NCBI RefSeq assembly: GCF_028867705.1
Contig: NZ_CP066171.1
Location: 1,996,245 to 2,020,244, forward strand
Direction of reading: 5' to 3'
Length of the DNA stretch: 24,000 bases
Source of the DNA: Thermoleophilum album
GTDB lineage: Bacteria > Actinomycetota > Thermoleophilia > Solirubrobacterales > Thermoleophilaceae
Part shown: piece after piece, positions 16,551-24,000 of the stretch
How positions within the stretch are numbered: the first letter of the stretch is position 1
Layout of the letters: each line of letters starts with the position of its first letter
Made by a program: the position numbers and the translations under genes
The notes under the pieces: model-generated
The model's input: only the letters and a program-made list of their open reading frames with translations
The model's database searches: none
Told to the model about the DNA's origin: nothing

Positions 16551-17174
16551 GTGACTCGGCGTCGCGCCGCTGGCGGCGCCGCGCTTGCGCTGCTCGTCGT
16601 GCTCCTGCTCGCAGCGCTCGCCGGCCCGATCGATCGCGCCGGAGCGGCGACGAAACCGCAGCGCAGCTCTAGCTGCGCACGTGCAGCGGCGACGGCGTCG
16701 GTGGCAAGTTTGTTCGACGACACGCGGCGCCAGATCCAGGCGCGCACGCGGCGGGCGTTCGTGCGGGCGACGCTGTGCGCGATAAACCGTGTGCGCGCCC
16801 GTCGCGGGCTGCGCCCCTTGCGACTGTCGCGCCGGCTGTCACGGGCGGCGGCAGCGCACTCCCGTGACATGGTGAGGCGCGGCTACTTCTCGCACACCGC
16901 GCCGGGCGGCCTCACATTCCTCGCCCGGATCGTGCGCAGCGGCTACCTACGCGGTGCCCGCAGCTGGATCGTCGGCGAGAACATCGCTTGGGGCATGAGT
17001 TCGCTGGCGACACCGGCCGCCACGTTGCGGATGTGGATGAACAGCCCGCCGCACCGCGCGAACCTGCTCTCGCCCCGTTTCCGCGAAGCCGGGATCGGGA
17101 TCGCGACCGGGGTGCCGGGGCGCCCCTCGGCCCCTGGCGTTACCTACACCGTCGACTTCGGTCGCAAGCGCTAG
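16551..17174 (+). CDS. secreted CAP/SCP/PR-1-like domain protein (YkwD-like)
   Basis: CAP-domain pattern: INRVRARRGLRPLRLSRRLSRAAAAHSRDMVRRGYFSHT...GENIAWG...MWMNSPPHRANLLSPRFREAGIG. The preferred start is GTG 16551, giving a signal-peptide-like MTRRRAAGGAALALLVVLLLAALAGPIDRAGA. The longest ORF starts at 16497. Confidence 0.8.
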   Translation: MTRRRAAGGAALALLVVLLLAALAGPIDRAGAATKPQRSSSCARAAATASVASLFDDTRRQIQARTRRAFVRATLCAINRVRARRGLRPLRLSRRLSRAAAAHSRDMVRRGYFSHTAPGGLTFLARIVRSGYLRGARSWIVGENIAWGMSSLATPAATLRMWMNSPPHRANLLSPRFREAGIGIATGVPGRPSAPGVTYTVDFGRKR

Positions 17175-18046
17175 CAGCGCGCCGCGGGGCGTTCAGCGCC
17201 GAAAAAGAGCTCCGCGAGACGCTTGGCGGTACCCGCGTCGCGTGCGGCCACGAGCTCGAGCCGTGACGCTATCGCGAGCCGAGCCTTGCCGCCCTCGCCA
17301 CCTAGCCAAACACTGCCGCCCGCCTCCTCCACGACAACACGCGCTGCCGCAAAATCGACGACGCGCAGCGGACGCAACGCAACGAGGGCGTCGACCCGTC
17401 CCTCAGCCACCAGACACATCGCCTCGGCCGCACCGCCGAGGACGCGCACGCGCTCGGCGCCCGAGGCTTCGATCGCCCCCGCGTGGGCGGCGATGAGGCG
17501 CGGCGCCGTGCACTCGAGTGCGAGCACCTCTAGCTGCCGGGAGGCCGGCAACACTCGTTCCAACGGCAGCCGGTCGTCGCTGGCGCTAGCGTCGGCGCCA
17601 GCTAGCCGCCGGTAAGCGCCCCTGCCTCGCACGGCGAACCATTCGTCACCGCTAGCCAGATCGCAGACGAAGCCGCAGGTGACGTCGCGAAGCCGCGATC
17701 CCTGCGCGAAGGCGACCGACAGCGAGGCGAAGGGCAGGCCGCGCTTGGCATTCAGGGAGCCGTCGACGGGATCGATCACAACCCGCAGTTCGCCGCCGCC
17801 GGCGACCGCAACCTCGCCGCGTTCTTCGGAGACGACAGTGGCGGCGACAGCGGCTTTCTCGAGCACGTCGATGGCCGCCGCCTCAGCGAGCGCGTCGACC
17901 GCGAGCGACACGTCTCCCCCCTCGCCGCGGCCTCGGGCGACGCCGCGTGCAGCGGTGGTGTCGAGGCTCGCGACGACGCGGCGCACCTGCCGGGCCATGG
18001 CGCGGGCGAGGTCGAGCAGCGCGAAATCGTCCTCGCCAGCCGGCAT
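17171..18046 (-). CDS. inositol monophosphatase / fructose-1,6-bisphosphatase family protein
   Basis: IMPase motifs VVSEERGE, VVIDPVDGSLNAKRGLPFASLSVA, and VDFAAARVVVEEAGG (WD-x-AA-type motif). ATG at 18046 with AGGA upstream. Confidence 0.85.
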   Translation of the reverse strand: MPAGEDDFALLDLARAMARQVRRVVASLDTTAARGVARGRGEGGDVSLAVDALAEAAAIDVLEKAAVAATVVSEERGEVAVAGGGELRVVIDPVDGSLNAKRGLPFASLSVAFAQGSRLRDVTCGFVCDLASGDEWFAVRGRGAYRRLAGADASASDDRLPLERVLPASRQLEVLALECTAPRLIAAHAGAIEASGAERVRVLGGAAEAMCLVAEGRVDALVALRPLRVVDFAAARVVVEEAGGSVWLGGEGGKARLAIASRLELVAARDAGTAKRLAELFFGAERPAARC

Positions 18047-18068
18047 CGCCGCCGTATCCTAGGCTCGC

Positions 18069-21000
18069 ATGGTTTACGAGGCCGAGGCTGGGGACGGCGC
18101 CAGTCGCGCCGCGATCGGCCTGGGGACGCCGCCGGACCGTGGGAACCCGCCGGCGAGACACGCCCAGGGGCGGGCGAACGCTCGCGACCCAAGCGAAGAG
18201 TCGGCAGCGGCAGCGACCGGGGCACGCGGAGGCGCGTTGCCGCGCGCCTGCGTGGTGGGCGGCCCCCCCGGCAGCGGCCGCACCACGGAGCTCGTCGAGC
18301 GCTTCCTGGCCGCGCTCGCCGAACCCGGCAGCGAACCGGCGACGTTCGTGACGGCGAGCGAGCGGGCCGCCGCCGCGGTGCGTGCCCGCGCCGAGGCGCA
18401 GCTGCGCGGGGCGAGCGACGAGCTCGCGGTTTGGTCGGTGGCGCGAATCGCAGAGCGGCTTTTGCGGCGCCACGCCCGGCTTGCCGCGATCGACCCCTCG
18501 TTTCCGCTCGTCGGACGCGCCGAGCGCGTGCTGCTCGTGCACGACGCCCTCGACCGGCTCGCACCGGTGGCCCACGACCCGATGGCCGACCCCGCCCAGC
18601 TAGCTGCGTCCCTGGTCGACGGCATCGACCGCTTCAAAGGCGAGCTCCTCCTTCCCGAGGAGGCTCGCGCGCGCGCGGAAACAGCGCTGCGCGGCGCCCG
18701 CGACGACAGCGCCCGCGCCGCCGCCGCACGCGCCGTCGAGGTAGCGCGTGCCTACGAGCTGCACGAGCGGATGCTGGCCGAACGCGGCTGGATCGACCGG
18801 CTCGGTGCTGTCGTGCGCGCCGTCGAGCTGTTGCGGCGCGAGCCGAGCGTGCGGCGCGGCGCAGCGCAAGCGTTGGGCGCACTGTTCGTGGACGACTACG
18901 AGGCGCTCTCGCTCGCCGAGGCGACGCTGGTCGCAGCACTGGCGAGCGAAGCGCGCGCGGTGACGGTCGCGGTCGCCGATGCGAGCTGGATAGCCGATCG
19001 CGACGCCGCCCTGCGGGCGCGCGAGATCGAGCAAGAGTTCGTCGTCGACGATCCGGTCAACCTCGGCCAGAGCCGCCGAGCGCCGGTGCGCGGCCAGGGT
19101 TGGCGGGTCGCCCGCACACGCGATCGCGCCGAGCGGGCACAGCTCGCGGCGGCGCTGTGCGCCCGTGCGGTGAGCAAGCACGGCGGACCGAGCGAGGTGG
19201 CGGTCGTCACCGACGAGGAGCCGCTCGCCGAGCGCGTCGCGTTGGCGCTCGAGCGCCTTAACTTGCCGACCGAACGCGGCGGCCGCGGCGCTTTCTTCCG
19301 CCGCCCCGAGGTGCGCGACGTGATCGCGTGGCTGCGCGCGCTCGCCGACCCTGCCGACGCTGCGGCGGCGATGCGTGCGTTGGCGAGACCCCCGATCGAG
19401 CTCGCGCAGCGCGACCTGGCGCGGCTGTCGCAGTCGGCGCGACGGCGACGGATCGATGTGCCGAGCGCCGTGGCGGCGGCGCTGACGAGCGACCAGTTGA
19501 CGCCAGAGGGGCGCGAGCGTCTCCATGCGTTCCACGATCTCTACACACGCGCGGCACGCGCGGCGGCGACGATGCGACCCGACGCGTTCGTGCTGCGGCT
19601 CGTGCGCCGGCTCGGGATGCTGCGCGGCGCGGCGCTCGCCGGCGACAGCGAGAACGCCGCCCGTGCGCGCAACATCGGACGCCTGGTCGAAACAGCGGCA
19701 CGGCTGTGCGACCGCGACCCCGACGCGTCGCTTGCCGATCTCGTGCGGCTGCTGTCGGTGGCGGCGCGTGCCGGCGTCGATCCCCTCGGCGATGATGCGC
19801 TTGAGGTTTCACGCTCGGCAGTGGCGGTGGAGTGCGCCTGTCCGCCGTCGCGCGAGGTGAGTTGCGTGATCGCTCTCGCCGGCGACGCGACGTCGCGCAG
19901 CGAGCTTTTGAACTGGGCTGCGCGGGCACGGACCGAGGTGGTGGTGGTCGCGGCGGCGTGTAACCGCGAGGTGGACGAGCTCCTCGCCGAACTGGGGGCC
20001 GAGGAGCTCGAGCTCGCGGCGACGGGACCGCTCGAGCGCGGACCGCTCGATCTGGTCGTCGCCGAGCTGGCGAGCAAGCTTGGGGAGACGGTTTCCGAGG
20101 TCGCCGGACGGATCGGCGAGATGCGCCTCGACACACACGTCGACGTCGATCGCGCGGTGGTGGCGCTGCTCGATCTGATCAAGGCGGTCGCGGTGTCGGA
20201 GCGCGCCCGCGCCGGCGAGGATCCGCGCGAGGTGCTCGCCGTGTCGAGCGCGATCGTCGAGCGCGCAGCGACGGAAAGCCAGCGCGAGCTGCTAGCGCGC
20301 TCGTCGGTCGACGCGCTGCTTGCCGGCGGCGCGCCCGACGCTCACGCCCCGGCAGCGAACGGTGACAGCGACGCGCGACCGGCAGCGCAGCCCACCGGTC
20401 TTGAGCCTTTCATCCCCCGCCGCGGCGACGGTTTGCTGCTGTCGGCGTCCGACCTCGAGACCTACCGGCTCTGTCCGTTGCGCTACAAGTTCGCCCGCGT
20501 CTTTCGCATCCCCCAGGAACCGACGCTGCAGCAGCGTTTCGGTATCGCGCTGCACCAGACGCTCGAGCGCTTCCATCTGCACAGCGACGGCTCGCGCGCG
20601 GCGCTGTTGCGCACTTTCGAGGCTTGCTGGCGGCGAGCAGGGCTCGGTCAGGGGCCGCGCGAACAGGCTTTGCGCGAGCGCGCACGGCGAGCGCTCGAGC
20701 GCTACTTCGACCGCTTCGGCAGCGAGCGGGCGGCCGGTGGCGCACAGCCGCTGTGGTTCGAGCGCGGCTTCGCGTTCCGTCTCGGCCGCCATCTGGTGCG
20801 GGGGCGGGTCGATCGCGTCGACCGGCGCGCAGACGGCAGCTTCGAACTGATCGACTACAAGACCGGCAAGGCGCGCAGCGACGCCGATCTCGCCGACGAC
20901 ATCCAGCTGTCGCTCTACCAGCTCGCGGCACGCGAGGCGTGGGGTGTTGAGTGCGCGGCGCAGAGCTACCTGTACGTGCTGACCGGCGAGAAGGTCGAGG

Positions 21001-21152
21001 TGCCGGCGACGGCTACGAACATCGAGCGGGTGGTGGCGCGCGTCGAGGAGCTTGCCGCGGGCATCGCCGAACAGCGTTTCGAGCCGCGCCCGGCACCCGA
21101 CCTGTGCGCGGCGTGTGACTACCGCATCCTCTGCCCGGCGAGCGAGGTGTAG
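18069..21152 (+). CDS. AddB/AdnA-like helicase-nuclease: UvrD-like domains with degenerate ATPase motifs plus a C-terminal RecB-type PD-(D/E)xK nuclease with a 4-Cys Fe-S staple
   Basis: Walker A-like GPPGSGRT (18261-18284), motif Ia-like FVTASERAAA, motif II-like FVDDYE (18885-18902), and a UvrD_C-like FFRRPEVRDVIAWLRAL. Nuclease elements are YRLCPLRYKF (Cys802), RVDRVD, ELIDYK, QLSLY and CAACDYRILC (21105-21134). The first ~55 aa are low complexity, so the start (ATG 18069) is uncertain. Confidence 0.85.
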   Translation: MVYEAEAGDGASRAAIGLGTPPDRGNPPARHAQGRANARDPSEESAAAATGARGGALPRACVVGGPPGSGRTTELVERFLAALAEPGSEPATFVTASERAAAAVRARAEAQLRGASDELAVWSVARIAERLLRRHARLAAIDPSFPLVGRAERVLLVHDALDRLAPVAHDPMADPAQLAASLVDGIDRFKGELLLPEEARARAETALRGARDDSARAAAARAVEVARAYELHERMLAERGWIDRLGAVVRAVELLRREPSVRRGAAQALGALFVDDYEALSLAEATLVAALASEARAVTVAVADASWIADRDAALRAREIEQEFVVDDPVNLGQSRRAPVRGQGWRVARTRDRAERAQLAAALCARAVSKHGGPSEVAVVTDEEPLAERVALALERLNLPTERGGRGAFFRRPEVRDVIAWLRALADPADAAAAMRALARPPIELAQRDLARLSQSARRRRIDVPSAVAAALTSDQLTPEGRERLHAFHDLYTRAARAAATMRPDAFVLRLVRRLGMLRGAALAGDSENAARARNIGRLVETAARLCDRDPDASLADLVRLLSVAARAGVDPLGDDALEVSRSAVAVECACPPSREVSCVIALAGDATSRSELLNWAARARTEVVVVAAACNREVDELLAELGAEELELAATGPLERGPLDLVVAELASKLGETVSEVAGRIGEMRLDTHVDVDRAVVALLDLIKAVAVSERARAGEDPREVLAVSSAIVERAATESQRELLARSSVDALLAGGAPDAHAPAANGDSDARPAAQPTGLEPFIPRRGDGLLLSASDLETYRLCPLRYKFARVFRIPQEPTLQQRFGIALHQTLERFHLHSDGSRAALLRTFEACWRRAGLGQGPREQALRERARRALERYFDRFGSERAAGGAQPLWFERGFAFRLGRHLVRGRVDRVDRRADGSFELIDYKTGKARSDADLADDIQLSLYQLAAREAWGVECAAQSYLYVLTGEKVEVPATATNIERVVARVEELAAGIAEQRFEPRPAPDLCAACDYRILCPASEV

Positions 21153-21243
21153 GGCCCGTGCGGGCAGAGTAGACGGGTCGGGCGGCGCGGCCGGTCCGGA
21201 CCGAGAGCCGCAGGCACCGGCTGCGCCCGGCGGGGACCGCAGT

Positions 21244-21275
21244 GCGCGCGCCGCGCTAGGCGCGCGCCGCGCTAG
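21244..21275. repeat. perfect tandem duplication of a 16-mer (GCGCGCGCCGCGCTAG x2)
   Basis: Copy 1 is 21244-21259 and copy 2 is 21260-21275; they are identical. Copy 2 contains the stop codon (CTA at 21272-21274, i.e. TAG on the minus strand) of the PAC2-family gene. Confidence 0.95.
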
Positions 21276-22162
21276 CGCTCCTCTTCGTCCTCCGCGCTTC
21301 GGTTTCCGCCGCGCTGGCGCAAAAAGCGCTGGAAATCGCGGGCGATCATTTCGCCCGACGGGATCCGTCGCGGGCGCGGCTGCTCGTCGTCGGCGGCCGA
21401 TTCGAGCCGCTCGACGAAGGCGCGCGCTTCGGGGTCTTGCTGGACGGCAAGCGAGACGCGTCGCTCGTACTCTTCGGCGGCGCGCTCGAGCTCGGACGCC
21501 TCGACGGCGACTTTCGCCGCCCCCTCGAAGGCGCGAACGAGCGCGAGCGCGACCTTGGTGTTGGGGGTCGCCGCGACATAGTGCGGCGTCGACGCCCACA
21601 AGCTGATCGCGGCGATGTCGGCCTGGGCAAGCGTGTGGTGGAGAACACCGATGATGCCGGTCGGACCCTCGTAGGTGGAGCGGGCAACGCCGAGGCGGTC
21701 GAGCATCAGCGGGTCGGAGGCGAACCCGGTGATCGCGACCGGGCGTGTGTGCGGTACGTCGGCGAGCAGCGAACCGAGCGAGACGACGAGCCGCACCTCG
21801 AGACGCTCGACGACTTCGAGCACAAGCCGCGTGAAGGTGCGCCAGCGCAGCGACGGCTCCACGCCGCGCAGCACCACGACGTCGCCGTCGGCGCCGGGTA
21901 CCTCGGCGAAAGAAAAGACGTTGCGCGGCCACGACAGCTTGCGACGGCCGTCGGCTGCGAGCGCGACGGTGGGCCGCACGGCGGTGAAGTCGTAGAAGTT
22001 TTCGGGGTCGATCTCGGCGAACTCGTTGGCCCCGAGCCGGCGGTGTATGAAGTCGGCGGCACAGGAGGCGGCGTCGCCAGCGTCGTTCCAACCTTCGAAG
22101 GCGCAAACCAGTGTCGGGCGGCGCAGATCAGGCCAAACGTCGACGCGCAGTTCGTCGCTCAC
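21272..22162 (-). CDS. PAC2 (proteasome assembly chaperone 2-like) family protein
   Basis: From the GTG at 22162: (M)SDELRVDVWPDLRRPTLVCAFEGWNDAGDAAS...VPHTRPVAITGF...YEGPTGIIGVL...STPHYV. This fits the actinobacterial PAC2-family pattern as I recall it (cf. Rv2125-like proteins). The 228 upstream codons of the 524-aa ORF are Arg/Ser/Ala-rich, antisense to the next gene, and rejected. Confidence 0.75.
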   Translation of the reverse strand: MSDELRVDVWPDLRRPTLVCAFEGWNDAGDAASCAADFIHRRLGANEFAEIDPENFYDFTAVRPTVALAADGRRKLSWPRNVFSFAEVPGADGDVVVLRGVEPSLRWRTFTRLVLEVVERLEVRLVVSLGSLLADVPHTRPVAITGFASDPLMLDRLGVARSTYEGPTGIIGVLHHTLAQADIAAISLWASTPHYVAATPNTKVALALVRAFEGAAKVAVEASELERAAEEYERRVSLAVQQDPEARAFVERLESAADDEQPRPRRIPSGEMIARDFQRFLRQRGGNRSAEDEEER

Positions 22163-22391
22163 AGGTTCACGGTAGCCGACGGCGCCGGGCAGTCCGACGC
22201 TCCGCCGACCGCCGGCGGCCCGACGCAACACCAGCGGCCGCCCGTGCGAGACGCGGCCAGCGGCCCGCGCGGAGCTCCTTCCGTCCGCCCGCTCGCCGAC
22301 CCTTCTCGCCGTGAGCGAGCGAACGAGCGGTGAAAGGGAGGGCCAGGGTGGCGCTCGCGTGCCGCGCCGCCAAGCGAGCGGCGAGGGGTCG

Positions 22392-23312
22392 ATGCGCTCG
22401 GATCCGCCGCTTGCGGCGCTCGAGCCGGGCCGCTCGTTCAGCGGGGTGTATGCGTGCACGCGCAAGGACTTGCTCGTCGCTCGCAACGGGCAGCCGTATT
22501 TGGCGGTAGAGCTCGGTGACAGCTCGGGCACGATCACCGCGCGCGCTTTCCGCGATGCGGCCGCGTTGGCGAGCGGGTTCGAGCAGGGTGACCTGGTGGA
22601 GGTGGTGGGACGTGTAGAGCGCTTCCGTGGCGAGCGGACGGTAGAGCTTGCGTCGATCCGTCGTGCCGACCGCAGCGCGGTCGATCCGCGCCGGTTTCTG
22701 CCTGCGACGGCGCGCGAGCTCGACGAGCTAGACGGCTTTTTCGAGGCGCTGGCAGCCGAGCTGGCGTGCCCGGTGCTGGCGCCGCTCGTACAGCTTTTCG
22801 TGCACGACGAGGGGTTCCGGGAGCAGTTTCGTCTCGCGCCGTGCACGCGCGAGGGACATCACGCCTATCTGGGCGGCTTGCTCGAGCACACGGTCGCGGT
22901 GGCGACGCTGGCGCACGAGCTGTGCCAAGTGCATCCATGGCTCGACCGCGATCTGCTGTTGGCGGCGGCGCTCCTCCACGACGTGGGCAAGACGCGCGAG
23001 TTCGAGCTCGGCGCCGAGATCGCGCTGTCGAGCGAGGGGGCGCTGCTCGGTCATCTCGCGCTCGGCCAGCGCATGATCGAGGAGCGCTGGTCGGCCCTGG
23101 CGGCCGACCGGACAGCGGTCGGGCCGCTCGCTCGCGTCCCGGCCGCGGACCGCGAGGCGCGCTTTCAGTCCCTCCTCCACTGTGTCCTCGCCCACCACGG
23201 TCCCGACCAGCTCCCGTCCCGGCGCTTCCGGTCGGCGGAAGCGGCCGCTCTGTACCGGCTGAACCAGCTCGATACGGCGGTGGGAGCTTGGATGGGCGGC
23301 CCGGTCGCTTAG
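22392..23312 (+). CDS. OB-fold + HD-domain nuclease, YhaM-like 3'-5' exoribonuclease family
   Basis: N-terminal OB-fold-like segment (YLAVELGDSSGTITARAF...DLVEVVGRVERFRGERTVEL), then HD-domain signatures HHAYLGGLLEHT and LLHDVGK, then HH near the C-terminus. The preferred ATG at 22392 follows GAGGGG. The longest ORF starts at GTG 22311. Confidence 0.8.
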   Translation: MRSDPPLAALEPGRSFSGVYACTRKDLLVARNGQPYLAVELGDSSGTITARAFRDAAALASGFEQGDLVEVVGRVERFRGERTVELASIRRADRSAVDPRRFLPATARELDELDGFFEALAAELACPVLAPLVQLFVHDEGFREQFRLAPCTREGHHAYLGGLLEHTVAVATLAHELCQVHPWLDRDLLLAAALLHDVGKTREFELGAEIALSSEGALLGHLALGQRMIEERWSALAADRTAVGPLARVPAADREARFQSLLHCVLAHHGPDQLPSRRFRSAEAAALYRLNQLDTAVGAWMGGPVA

Positions 23313-23415
23313 CGCTCAACCGTTGCAACGCGAGCGATCGCAAAGCCGGCTACCCGAACGCCCGGCAGATGGTCGCCGCGCGGGGGCAGCCGCGCCACAC
23401 GCAAGGGGACAGGAG

Positions 23416-23820
23416 CTAACTCCCGCGCGAAGCCGGCGCGAGCACCCGTCGCGCAAGCCGCCACGCGAAGTAAAGCTGCAGGGCCGCGAAAGACAGAGCG
23501 AGGGCGCGGTCGGAGACGGCGTTTGCGAGCTCGGTTCCAGCGACGACGCCGATCGGTGAAAGCAGGCCGATCAGGATGCCGTCGCGCAGGCGCACGTTGC
23601 CGTAGCCGTGCTGACGCCAGGCGCCGACCGCGGCCACCACGGTGACCGCGAGCAGCGACGTGGCCTCGGCCGCGAGCTGCGTTTTGTCGAGGAAGGCGAC
23701 GAGTCCCGGTACGAACAGCACGCCGCCCCCGACACCCAGCATGCCGCTCGCAACACCCGCCGCGAAACCGACCGCGGCGAGAGCAACCAAATCTGCGGCG
23801 CTCACGGCGACAACCCCCAC
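23416..23820 (-). CDS. TauE/SafE (DUF81) family anion-exporter-like membrane protein, short (about 130 aa, 4 TM) form
   Basis: GFAAGVASGMLGVGGGVLFVPGLV is the TauE/DUF81 signature, and there are four hydrophobic segments. The start is GTG 23820 or GTG 23805 (the latter has GGGGG 9 nt upstream). Confidence 0.8.
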   Translation of the reverse strand: MGVVAVSAADLVALAAVGFAAGVASGMLGVGGGVLFVPGLVAFLDKTQLAAEATSLLAVTVVAAVGAWRQHGYGNVRLRDGILIGLLSPIGVVAGTELANAVSDRALALSFAALQLYFAWRLARRVLAPASRGS

Positions 23821-23919
23821 CCGTGGCCGCGACCGCGGCCGTGCCGCGTCCGGGACACCGTTGCTTGCCGGTCCACCACCGCCTAGCGCCCCCGCATCAC
23901 CGGCGCGCGCCTCGAGGCC

Positions 23920-24000
23920 TCACCCGAGCGCGAGTTTCACCGCGCTCGCCACTAGTACGAGCGCGAAGATCGCAGCGACGACGCGCTCGGGCAGGCGCTG
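23920..24000 (-). CDS. 3' end of a second TauE/DUF81-like membrane protein gene (partial, continues beyond the window)
   Basis: The minus-strand reading gives ...QRLPERVVAAIFALVLVASAVKLALG, then TGA (23920-22 on the + strand reads tca). The hydrophobic tail resembles TauE C-termini. Only 26 codons are visible. Confidence 0.35.
   Translation of the reverse strand, partial: QRLPERVVAAIFALVLVASAVKLALG

Noticed and set aside
20292-22106. 604-aa minus-strand ORF, and similar long ORFs in the track (e.g. 3285-4523 +, 1883-2605 -, 17776-18564 -, 19258-20136 -, 5186-6022 -, 5598-6392 +, 12320-13012 -)
   Set aside because: They are extremely Arg/Ala/Pro/Ser-rich, carry no recognisable motifs, and lie out of frame or antisense within genes that have strong family signatures. 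These are classic shadow ORFs of high-GC DNA, where stop codons are rare.
22163-22846. N-terminal 228 codons of the 524-aa ORF containing the PAC2-family gene
   Set aside because: The segment is low complexity (R/S/A-rich) and runs antisense through the YhaM-like gene. The PAC2 homology begins only after the GTG at 22162.
23313-23415. Terminator between the convergent YhaM-like and TauE-like genes
   Set aside because: Only short stems are present (CGCTC...GAGCG around a GTTGCAAC palindrome; GCGCGG-gggcag-CCGCGC) and there are no U-tracts. This is not convincing enough to annotate.

Overview
This is a uniformly very GC-rich segment (by eye above 70% G+C) with Actinomycetota-type core gene content. 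The lineage is a guess; it may be a deep branch such as Thermoleophilia or Rubrobacteria. I call about 23 protein genes. They include a UDG-like gene tail, the full-length helicase Lhr, a DrrAB-type ABC exporter pair on the opposite strand, and a Nei2-type glycosylase translationally coupled to an atypical GDPD-family phosphodiesterase. Next come a Crp/Fnr regulator, a Nudix hydrolase, an ASCH protein, and groES-groEL behind two tandem CIRCE operators. A minus-strand string follows: a basic Arg/Thr-rich coiled-coil protein, Mrp/ApbC, an NDUFA9/NmrA-like SDR and MsrA. The rest are DUF488, a secreted CAP-domain protein, an IMPase-family protein, a 1027-aa AddB/AdnA-like helicase-nuclease, a PAC2-family protein, a YhaM-like OB+HD nuclease and TauE-like permease(s). 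I saw no rRNA, tRNA, CRISPR array, transposase, integrase or compositional island. It therefore reads as core chromosome, not an accessory or defence island, and I cannot point to a clear novel system. The most unusual items are these: (1) an orphan helicase-nuclease whose ATPase motifs look dead while its Fe-S nuclease looks intact; (2) a repair neighbourhood where the mycobacterial lhr-nei2 pair is split by an inverted ABC exporter and Nei2 overlaps an atypical phosphodiesterase by ATGA; (3) a perfect 12-bp hairpin plus a 17-nt polypyrimidine tract ahead of mrp; (4) a sharp AT-rich divergent control region with a 10-bp palindrome. Most other long ORFs in the six-frame track are Arg/Ala/Pro-rich shadow ORFs typical of high-GC DNA.
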